NCBI GenBank assembly: GCA_934309345.1
Contig: CAKRDD010000018.1
Span: 5,832 to 69,831 of the forward strand
Direction: 5' to 3'
DNA length: 64,000 nucleotides
From: an uncultured Mediterraneibacter sp.
Lineage (GTDB): Bacteria; Bacillota; Clostridia; Lachnospirales; Lachnospiraceae
This document shows, in pieces, positions 1 to 5,924 of the stretch. The position numbers were made by a program, and so were the translations under genes. A model generated the notes under the pieces. That model saw only the letters and a program-made list of their open reading frames with translations, was not told where the DNA came from and searched no databases. Numbering within the stretch: the first letter of the stretch is position 1; the number at the start of each line of letters is the position of its first letter.

Positions 1-646
1 TTTTTTTATTATCAATAATTTTAAGTAAGTTATCTCTTTCTGACACCCATTTTTTTACATTTTCTATTTCTTCTTCTAAATCAACATTTGACGAATCCCA
101 ATTTTCCAACATCATATCTCTTTCTTCTGTCCACTCTCTCAGGTCATCTTTATATGATTCTAGACATTCTTTTTCGTGTTCGATGAATTCTTCCACGTTA
201 TTATATGCATGAACAATTTTATAGCTTGTAAAATCATCGTTGTATTTGTGATGATAAATATTCTTCCATTCGTCCGTAGGCTCTGCGATGTCCTTTTGGG
301 ATTGCTTTATGTCTCTTTTTGCAGTTTCAATGTTGTTTAATGCATCAAGAAAATGCTGTGGTTCATGTCCTTCGGAAAGTAGATGATTGAGAAGCGAAGG
401 TTCCGGGAACATTCCAAACCAACAACGCTCAAACCACTGTTGTGCATACATTCTCTCATCACTTCCGTTGGAGTAAGTACCGTCTACCAAATCTCCGACA
501 AAATTCTCTATCAGCTCTCCGATAGTCAGACCATGCTCCCCACACTTTCTCGCCAGTCGGTCACAATCTGCATCTGATAACTCAAGCTTGATTTGTCTTT
601 TTTTAATTGTTTCAATCTCTTTTCTCTGCTCTTCACCATAACTCAT
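1..646 (-). CDS. Hypothetical acidic protein, paralog of 3759..4238 (C-terminus cut by the window edge)
   Basis: My own minus-strand translation from the ATG at 646..644 reads MSYGEEQRKEIETIKKRQIKLELSDADCDRLARKCGEHGLTIGELIENFVGDLVDGTYSNGSDERMYAQQWFERCWFGMFPEPSLLNHLL... The frame stays open to position 1, so it is absent from the ORF track. The core GELIENFVGDLV.GTYSNGSDER..A.QWFERCWFGM and the tail KKWV..R.L are shared with 3759..4238. Confidence 0.6.
   Translation of the reverse strand, partial: MSYGEEQRKEIETIKKRQIKLELSDADCDRLARKCGEHGLTIGELIENFVGDLVDGTYSNGSDERMYAQQWFERCWFGMFPEPSLLNHLLSEGHEPQHFLDALNNIETAKRDIKQSQKDIAEPTDEWKNIYHHKYNDDFTSYKIVHAYNNVEEFIEHEKECLESYKDDLREWTEERDMMLENWDSSNVDLEEEIENVKKWVSERDNLLKIIDNKK
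381..523. repeat. Nucleotide-level repeat shared with 4057..4199 (conserved core of the two acidic paralogs)
   Basis: Manual alignment shows long identical runs, for example cattccaaaccaacaacgctcaaaccactg and catcacttccgttggagtaagtaccg...caccaaatctccgacaaaattctctatcagctctccgat. Confidence 0.8.
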
Positions 647-692
647 TAATACTTACCTCACATTTCGGATTAGCAATCATTTTATAGATGAT

Positions 693-842
693 CTATTTGT
701 TTTCAGATTCAGATTTCGTTTGTTCCAAATCATAGTTATATTTTTGACTACGCCAATTTATTGATTGTTTGCATAAACACAACGCAATTATAAATCCAAT
801 AAAAAGCACTAGAATGATTGCTGCAATTATAAAAAAAATCAT
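693..842 (-). CDS. Small hydrophobic peptide (49 aa, one predicted TM helix)
   Basis: My own translation is MIFFIIAAIILVLFIGFIIALCLCKQSINWRSQKYNYDLEQTKSESENK. An AAGGAG-type RBS sits upstream (aaaaaggagttttaaATG), and the operator palindrome lies 20 nt upstream of the start. It is below the ORF-track length cutoff. Confidence 0.35.
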   Translation of the reverse strand: MIFFIIAAIILVLFIGFIIALCLCKQSINWRSQKYNYDLEQTKSESENK

Positions 843-861
843 TTAAAACTCCTTTTTATTT

Positions 862-878
862 GTGCCGAATTTCGGTAC
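862..878. promoter_or_regulatory. Operator-like palindrome GTGCCGAATTTCGGTAC (copy 1 of 4)
   Basis: 17-bp dyad located 20 nt upstream of the ATG at 842. The same motif occurs at 1319, 3697 and 4904. Confidence 0.6.
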
Positions 879-884
879 AAACAA

Positions 885-1304
885 TTAATAAAATGGTAAT
901 TCTTCATCATATTCATCTGTAAGATTCATAAATCCATCATCAGCTGATGGCTCTTCCACTGAATTAGAAATATTTTTACTTTCCGATTTATTTTCTGCAA
1001 ATTCCTGTTCTTCCACAATTACTACTGTCGTGTATACTTTCACTCCATCTTTGTTCGTATAGCTTCCTGTCTGGATATGTCCTGAGATAGAGACACGCAT
1101 TCCCTGATGGAAATACTTCTCAGCAAATTCAGCGGAACGTCCAAATACAACACACGGAATGAAATCCGCTGTCGGCTCGCCGTCTCTCTTGAATCTGCGG
1201 TCTACGGCAACTGTATATCTTGCAACTGCAGTTTCTTTTTCTCCGGTTGAATATCTTACTTCTGGATCTTTAGTTAATCTTCCTAATAAAACGACTTTAT
1301 TCAT
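885..1304 (-). CDS. ssb: Single-stranded DNA-binding protein
   Basis: MNKVVLLGRLTKDPEVRY... is an OB-fold SSB N-terminus, and the acidic C-terminal tail DEYDEELPFY is typical. I chose the internal ATG at 1304 (RBS gggaaggagccagtATG) rather than the ORF-track start at 1337, which would run through the operator palindrome. Confidence 0.9.
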   Translation of the reverse strand: MNKVVLLGRLTKDPEVRYSTGEKETAVARYTVAVDRRFKRDGEPTADFIPCVVFGRSAEFAEKYFHQGMRVSISGHIQTGSYTNKDGVKVYTTVVIVEEQEFAENKSESKNISNSVEEPSADDGFMNLTDEYDEELPFY

Positions 1305-1318
1305 ACTGGCTCCTTCCC

Positions 1319-1335
1319 GTACCGAATTTCGGTAC
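1319..1335. promoter_or_regulatory. Operator-like palindrome GTACCGAATTTCGGTAC (copy 2 of 4)
   Basis: Perfect dyad 15 nt upstream of the ssb ATG. Confidence 0.6.
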
Positions 1336-1364
1336 ACATGTACAATTTGTTACAATGTTCATTT

Positions 1365-1440
1365 GATGGCAGAAATCAATCAAATTTCTGCCATCACCAT
1401 CAACACAAGCATATATACGGCAATTGCATCGTATATATGC
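1365..1440. other. Two strong adjacent hairpins between the 68-aa ORF and ssb
   Basis: The first hairpin is gatggcagaaat (1365-1376) paired with atttctgccatc (1384-1395), a 12-bp stem. The second is gcatatatacg (1409-1419) paired with cgtatatatgc (1430-1440), an 11-bp stem whose loop gcaattgc is itself palindromic. Neither has a flanking T-run. Confidence 0.5.
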
Positions 1441-1513
1441 AGTCCACCTTGTGTCTTTGAGACCACGGACTTCACCGATTCATGCAGCAATTCCGCAAGG
1501 TGGTATATTAAGT

Positions 1514-1720
1514 TTAATCTTCATTATTACCATGATTATTCATGTTTTGGTTTACCGCCATTAACAATCTAATTCCAACAATTAATACAGCTCCATCTAA
1601 TCCAATCTGAATCACCAGACTCCAAAGTGCATCCGGCAGATAATCTGCCAGATGTCTAAGGATAAACAATACAATAAATAACGCAAACTTTTTTATTAGT
1701 TGTTTCACTCTTCTGTTCAT
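1514..1720 (-). CDS. Small membrane protein (68 aa)
   Basis: Two hydrophobic segments (FALFIVLFILRHL, GAVLIVGIRLLMAV). An AGGAAG RBS lies 6 nt upstream. The ORF is tightly packed after the parB-like gene. Confidence 0.45.
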   Translation of the reverse strand: MNRRVKQLIKKFALFIVLFILRHLADYLPDALWSLVIQIGLDGAVLIVGIRLLMAVNQNMNNHGNNED

Positions 1721-1730
1721 ATTTTACTTC

Positions 1731-2957
1731 CTAACAAAATATTGGTATCATTTCCAGGTTTAGAATCGAATACCCTTTCTCAATTCCGGAATCCTGCTTA
1801 TTAATATAAGTAATCGTGAACTCGATTGATTCTGTTTCAGATCCATCAGAAGCAATCGCATAAATATCTACCAGCTCTGCTTCTTGATAGGTATCGTCTT
1901 TTACAAGAATGCATCTCTGTTGTCCGGAAAGGAGTCTGTCATATGTCTCATATGAGACTTGCAATTCTCTTTTTTCAAAATACAGTTTTTTCTTTTCTTT
2001 TTTTGCCTGAACTTCTACTTGATAAGCTGGTATTACTTTTTCAATCAGTTTTACAAAACGATTCCATGTAATCTCTTTTCCATTAATCGTAATTGTTTTT
2101 GGAGTACAAGAAATGTTTATTGTATCCGAAGTTTGTCCCAAGTGTGATTTTCCATATCGTTCGATTAATTTCTTACATGTTTCTTTCCGATCCGGGCAAT
2201 CTATTTCCCGTATATCAAGTTCGTCATAAGCTGTAAGGATTTCGTTTGAAGTCGGCTCAAGAACTTCTTTTTTATATGCTTTTAGTTCTTTATCTGTTTT
2301 TCGCCCCTGTGATAATGCCTGATTCTGGTCTTCTTCCGGCATACTTGCCAATGTTACCGCTGCTGACTTATCAATTTCTCCTTTTTGAAATTCATCCATT
2401 GCTGTATCCCCCAAATTTTTGGAGATTGTCAAATATTCACCTACCGTAGATTTACTGAGATTGTATTTTTTTGCAAGACGATCTACCATTCGACCACCTT
2501 GAATTTCCGGAAATTCCTCCGGATAATTATTAATTAAATACTGCATTCGTTCCAATTTGTGCATAATCTCATAAGGTGTTTCCTCATGATGGCAATTACT
2601 GCTATAGATCTGGAATTCTGCCTGAATATCACTAATATTCTGTTCAAAACAAGGCAAGAATTCAAACTCCTTTTTTCCTCGTTCTTCAACCAGTAATTTA
2701 CATGCAGCATGTCTTTTATGTCCTGCAATAATCTTGTACTCATCCGCATCTAATTTTTTTACCAGTAAATCCTGCAGAACCATTCCGTCTGCTTCAATAA
2801 TATCTGCCAACCCCTCAATCTCTTCTTTATCTTTTGCATCACAATATTGTTTCTCATTTCTAACAAGCTTTGTGTAATGAATCCATTTCGTAATCCTTTT
2901 AGGATGTACCGACTTTTTTACTTCTTCTTTTGAAAACACATTTGATATCTTAGCCAT
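1731..2957 (-). CDS. ParB/Srx-like N-terminal domain protein with a central HTH
   Basis: KIIAGHKRHAACKLL resembles the ParB box (GxRRxxA-like). LAKKYNLSKSTVGEYLTISKNL is an HTH. The gene lies directly downstream of parA. Confidence 0.75.
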   Translation of the reverse strand: MAKISNVFSKEEVKKSVHPKRITKWIHYTKLVRNEKQYCDAKDKEEIEGLADIIEADGMVLQDLLVKKLDADEYKIIAGHKRHAACKLLVEERGKKEFEFLPCFEQNISDIQAEFQIYSSNCHHEETPYEIMHKLERMQYLINNYPEEFPEIQGGRMVDRLAKKYNLSKSTVGEYLTISKNLGDTAMDEFQKGEIDKSAAVTLASMPEEDQNQALSQGRKTDKELKAYKKEVLEPTSNEILTAYDELDIREIDCPDRKETCKKLIERYGKSHLGQTSDTINISCTPKTITINGKEITWNRFVKLIEKVIPAYQVEVQAKKEKKKLYFEKRELQVSYETYDRLLSGQQRCILVKDDTYQEAELVDIYAIASDGSETESIEFTITYINKQDSGIEKGYSILNLEMIPIFC

Positions 2958-2969
2958 GATTCTTTCCCC

Positions 2970-3680
2970 CTATGCTTCTATCAATTCTTTTGCCAGTTCC
3001 AGGTAATCTTGTGCCACAGAACTATTTTTTCGATGTTTTAACACAGGTTTGTAGAGATTCAATGCATTGTCTACAACTGCTGAACGGCTCACACAGGTTT
3101 CCATAATCGGATAGTCATGTTTTCCAATTAGATCAGCCATTGTCTCCCTTTGCGCTTTTCCATTCGCAACCATATTAGCAAAGATCTTCCATTCCATATT
3201 TTCATCTGCATATTCGTTTACGAAACGTTCAACCAATGCCAAATTATCTCTACAGTAATTATCAAACTTAATTGGCGTCAGCATAATATCGGAAACGTGA
3301 AAAGCATTTCTTGTCAGACTGTCAAAGACTGGTCGTGTATCTATTACACAATAATCATATTCTTTCTTTAATTTTCCGAATGCAGTCTGTAACTGATATT
3401 CTCCTTGGCAATTTTCTTCTGCTGAACCACGCATAATATCAATTTCTTTATATTTTGTGCGGTAAATACTATGATTAATTACTTCGGGATTCATGAGCAC
3501 ATCCTGTACTGTTTGTCCAGTATAATTCACTTTCGCAAAGAATTTTGTACTATTACACTGTGGATCTAAGTCAATTAACAGTACTTTTTTTCCCAATGAC
3601 ATCAAGCTGTATGCCAAATTAATTGATGTCGTTGTTTTTCCTACACCGCCTTTAAGATTTGCAATTGCTATTGTTTTCAT
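2970..3680 (-). CDS. parA: ParA/Soj-family partition ATPase
   Basis: Deviant Walker A motif IAIANLKGGVGKTTT, followed by LLIDLDPQCNST. Confidence 0.9.
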   Translation of the reverse strand: MKTIAIANLKGGVGKTTTSINLAYSLMSLGKKVLLIDLDPQCNSTKFFAKVNYTGQTVQDVLMNPEVINHSIYRTKYKEIDIMRGSAEENCQGEYQLQTAFGKLKKEYDYCVIDTRPVFDSLTRNAFHVSDIMLTPIKFDNYCRDNLALVERFVNEYADENMEWKIFANMVANGKAQRETMADLIGKHDYPIMETCVSRSAVVDNALNLYKPVLKHRKNSSVAQDYLELAKELIEA

Positions 3681-3696
3681 TTTAAACTCCTTTTCC

Positions 3697-3713
3697 GTAC
3701 CGAAATTCGGTAC
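3697..3713. promoter_or_regulatory. Operator-like palindrome GTACCGAAATTCGGTAC (copy 3 of 4)
   Basis: Perfect dyad 17 nt upstream of the parA ATG. The leader aaactcctttt matches the one at copy 1. Confidence 0.6.
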
Positions 3714-3758
3714 ATGTTATGTGTTGTGTTGATTGGTTTTATGAATTACTTCATAATT

Positions 3759-4238
3759 TTATTTTGTCATTATTTTTTGTCTTCTTTTATTTATGATTAA
3801 AAAAAGATTTCTGTCTGTTACCCATTTCTTAATGCGTTCGATTTCTTCATCCATATTTGGCTCATTCTCTGGTTTCCAGTCCTCTCTCATGCTTTTCAGT
3901 TCTTCTTCCCAGTCCGCTATATCATCATCAAGATAGCTCGCTTCTTCCTCGTCTGCTTCTTCTGGGTGTTCTTCCAGATACTTCTTTTCTTCCTTAGCGG
4001 TTTCGATATTGTCCATTGCGTTCAGATAGTCCTCTGGGTCATATCCCCAACAAAGGAGATGATTCAGAAGTGTAGGCTTTGGGATCATTCCAAACCAACA
4101 ACGCTCAAACCACTGGTCGGCATAATCTCTTTCATCACTTCCGTTGGAGTAAGTACCGCCCACCAAATCTCCGACAAAATTCTCTATCAGCTCTCCGATT
4201 GTTTCAATTTCTTCCTGCTGTTCTTCCTGACAACTCAT
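3759..4238 (-). CDS. Hypothetical, strongly acidic protein (159 aa), paralog of 1..646
   Basis: By my count about 44 D/E versus about 18 K/R residues, with runs such as EEHPEEADEEEASYLDDDIADWEEE. It shares a conserved core with the 1..646 product. I recognise no known family. Confidence 0.7.
   Translation of the reverse strand: MSCQEEQQEEIETIGELIENFVGDLVGGTYSNGSDERDYADQWFERCWFGMIPKPTLLNHLLCWGYDPEDYLNAMDNIETAKEEKKYLEEHPEEADEEEASYLDDDIADWEEELKSMREDWKPENEPNMDEEIERIKKWVTDRNLFLIINKRRQKIMTK
4057..4199. repeat. Second copy of the 143-bp near-identical block (see 381..523)
   Basis: Manual alignment with 381..523. Confidence 0.8.
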
Positions 4239-4270
4239 ATTTTTTCCTCTCTTTCATCTCGCCTATTTCT

Positions 4271-4882
4271 CTATGCTTTAAAAAGATCATTTAATGACAT
4301 CTGCTCATACTGATATTCTTGTTCGACTTTTCTTTTCCCTTTTTTCCCACAAGCATTCTCTTTCTGAATGCAAATAATTTGCGCATTACTCAGATCACTC
4401 TCATACAACTTTTGTATATCTCTGATAGCCTGCTTACGTTTACCCTCGAATATTCGATGATTTAATCCCATATCTTGCTCTACTGATTTATACAATTCAC
4501 CTTTCACATACAGTCGATCTATAATATCATGTTCCTCCCCGATCAATGTTTGAAAGCATAGATATAATCTGTGAATTCCTTCAGCATGTATAGTAAGAAC
4601 ATGCATTTCAGCAGCTAATTGTTCTTCCTGCTCATTTACAAGCTTTTGGTATCTAAGGTATACATCTGCAAGATCTTTATGTGTTCCTCTTCCTCCACCT
4701 TCCTGGGACAAATCTATCTTTGGATAAGATGCCATTTCTATCGTTTGCTGTTGTACTTCATCTAATTTTTCCCGAATCTCAAGCACTTGTTTGTGTATCT
4801 GCTGGGTTAGTTCACTATGATGCCGAAGTACATCTTTAATTTTTTTACTATCCATTTTAAGATATCCGCCTTCTCCTGACAT
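4271..4882 (-). CDS. Putative transcription factor with a sigma-70 region-4-like / ArpU-like C-terminal HTH
   Basis: LIGEEHDIIDRLYVKGELYKSVEQDMGLNHRIFEGKRKQAIRDIQKLY fits the L..E..II..RY..G.S...IA..LG.S.RTV.R....A..KL pattern of region 4. Strong RBS aagggagggttcagATG. Confidence 0.55.
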   Translation of the reverse strand: MSGEGGYLKMDSKKIKDVLRHHSELTQQIHKQVLEIREKLDEVQQQTIEMASYPKIDLSQEGGGRGTHKDLADVYLRYQKLVNEQEEQLAAEMHVLTIHAEGIHRLYLCFQTLIGEEHDIIDRLYVKGELYKSVEQDMGLNHRIFEGKRKQAIRDIQKLYESDLSNAQIICIQKENACGKKGKRKVEQEYQYEQMSLNDLFKA

Positions 4883-4903
4883 CTGAACCCTCCCTTCTAC
4901 AAT

Positions 4904-4920
4904 GTGCCGAATTTCGGCAC
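4904..4920. promoter_or_regulatory. Operator-like palindrome GTGCCGAATTTCGGCAC (copy 4 of 4)
   Basis: Dyad 22 nt upstream of the ATG at 4882. Confidence 0.6.
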
Positions 4921-4940
4921 ATTGATTTATTTTTCACCAC

Positions 4941-4968
4941 TTGACAAATATTACAAAATCGATATAAT
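4941..4968 (+). promoter_or_regulatory. Consensus sigma-70 promoter on the plus strand (TTGACA, 16-nt spacer, TATAAT)
   Basis: ttgaca at 4941-4946 and tataat at 4963-4968. It points away from the 4271..4882 gene into a 160-bp gap that has no plus-strand ORF. Confidence 0.6.
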
Positions 4969-4974
4969 AAAAAT

Positions 4975-5046
4975 GTACAAGGAATTTTTCAAAAGCTAGG
5001 AACAATTCCTTAAAGAACACGCTTTGGTCGGGGTGTTCTTTTTTTA
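4975..5046 (+). ncRNA. Candidate ~70-nt small RNA (promoter, two stem-loops, T-run)
   Basis: Stem-loop 1 is aaggaatt (4979-4986) paired with aattcctt (5004-5011). Stem-loop 2 is aagaacac (5013-5020) paired with gtgttctt (5033-5040), followed by ttttt. The only reading frame is 8 codons with no RBS. Confidence 0.45.
5013..5046. terminator. Intrinsic terminator, strong on the plus strand and weaker as the minus-strand terminator of the HTH gene
   Basis: 8-bp GC-containing stem, 12-nt loop and a T5 run on the plus strand. It abuts the TAA stop (5044-5046) of the minus-strand gene. Confidence 0.6.
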
Positions 5047-5649
5047 TTTCTTTTTTACAACCTCTTGATATATCTCGTCATAATATTTTTCAACTCGTTC
5101 AATCGGAAATCCTGTTGCTATTTTTATATCAATGATGTCAGCCTTGGGATCTAATTTCAAACAAGCCCGAATAATTTTTTTATATTCTTTCTCGTTTTTT
5201 TCTATCCGGGTTGCCACTGCAGTTCTGGCCGCCATTTTTTGTCTCTCCTTCGCTTTTTGTATATCTTTCTGTGCTTCGTCCGCAGAATAGTCTCCTATGC
5301 ATCTCTCCATTTCTCTTGTAATAGAACGGGTACATTTCTCGAAGTGTGCTGCCATTTCTGGAATAGATTTTCCGTCTTTGATCATTTGCTCCAACTCTAC
5401 TCTATTATTATAAGTAAAACGTTTTCCTTTTGGGGTTATCGTAATATCGTACTTCCCCTTTTTTTTACTATCTGCATCTGCTTGAGCTTTATCTGCAGTG
5501 TAATCATCAGGGTATCTATGTAATTCACGATAGACTGTACTGTAGTTTTTTCCGAGTGCATTCGCAATCTTAGGTGTACTCATTCCAGATTTGTACATTT
5601 TTTCAATATTTAATCTATCGTCATATGTTAAATATTTGAATTTTGCCAT
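5044..5649 (-). CDS. Tandem helix-turn-helix protein (two IS30-type HTH_38-like repeats, no transposase catalytic domain)
   Basis: Repeat 1 is LTYDDRLNIEKMYKSGMSTPKIANALGKNYSTVYRELHR. Repeat 2 is FTYNNRVELEQMIKDGKSIPEMAAHFEKCTRSITREMERC. The start is set at MAKFKYL (5649) with RBS ggaaaggaggtatttgggttaATG. Confidence 0.75.
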   Translation of the reverse strand: MAKFKYLTYDDRLNIEKMYKSGMSTPKIANALGKNYSTVYRELHRYPDDYTADKAQADADSKKKGKYDITITPKGKRFTYNNRVELEQMIKDGKSIPEMAAHFEKCTRSITREMERCIGDYSADEAQKDIQKAKERQKMAARTAVATRIEKNEKEYKKIIRACLKLDPKADIIDIKIATGFPIERVEKYYDEIYQEVVKKK

Positions 5650-5692
5650 TAACCCAAATACCTCCTTTCCTGTCAACCATGGGGATCTTGGT

Positions 5693-5740
5693 AAAAAAAT
5701 AAGTGCGTAGGAAACTTTTTATTTGTTTCCTATGCACTTA
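5693..5740 (-). terminator. Intrinsic terminator on the minus strand (16-bp stem plus T7), downstream of purL and upstream of the HTH gene
   Basis: taagtgcgtaggaaac (5700-5715) pairs with gtttcctatgcactta (5725-5740) with one G-U pair. The A7 run at 5693-5699 is a T7 run on the minus strand. Confidence 0.65.
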
Positions 5741-5779
5741 GTATATAATTTGCGTTTAATTTTACATTTTATATTTTAT

Positions 5780-5920
5780 GTAACTGTTCAGAGCCAACCT
5801 TCAAAATGCTACGCATTTTGAAGGTGTGGCGTATCCGCCAAATAAAATTTCAAAAACAGTCTTAAAAATGCAAGCATTTTACATCTTTTTTTGAAATTTT
5901 GCTTGGCTCTGAACAGTTAC
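5780..5920. mobile_element. MITE-like 141-bp element with perfect 18-bp terminal inverted repeats
   Basis: gtaactgttcagagccaa (5780-5797) and ttggctctgaacagttac (5903-5920). The flanks are tattttat (5772-5779) and cattttat (5921-5928), a 7/8 direct repeat. The interior is non-coding and full of nested hairpins. Confidence 0.55.
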
Positions 5921-5924
5921 CATT

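Larger units (their letters stand above)
1..5700 (-). mobile_element. One end of a mobile element (plasmid-like or conjugative-element-like maintenance/establishment module) that continues beyond the left window edge
   Basis: Nine co-oriented minus-strand ORFs (ssb, parA, parB-like, HTH regulators, acidic hypothetical proteins). A repeated operator palindrome occurs only in this segment. The segment is visibly more AT-rich than the housekeeping DNA that begins at purL. No integrase, relaxase or att site is visible in the window, so the right boundary (~5650-5780) is approximate. Confidence 0.6.

Noticed and set aside
383-577. 64-aa plus-strand ORF, and its look-alike inside 3966..4313 (+).
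   Set aside because: Both are antisense to the two acidic paralog genes. Their similarity to each other only mirrors the 143-bp nucleotide repeat of the real minus-strand genes.
3759-4238. Calling the acidic proteins ArdA.
   Set aside because: Context and charge fit an anti-restriction role. However, the sequence does not resemble the ArdA sequences I know (for example the Tn916 Orf18 type), so only a hypothesis is reported and not an annotation.
5780-5797. Shared GTAACTGTTC / GAACAGTTACC 10-11-mer between the MITE-like TIR (5780, 5910, 37588) and the hairpin of repeat copies A and B (15101, 42699). This might link the two repeat families.
   Set aside because: An exact 10-11-mer match between a ~40-nt query and 128 kb of two-strand target is expected about once by chance. 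The flanking bases differ (agagcc versus tggctc). I treat the two families as unrelated unless genome-wide data say otherwise.
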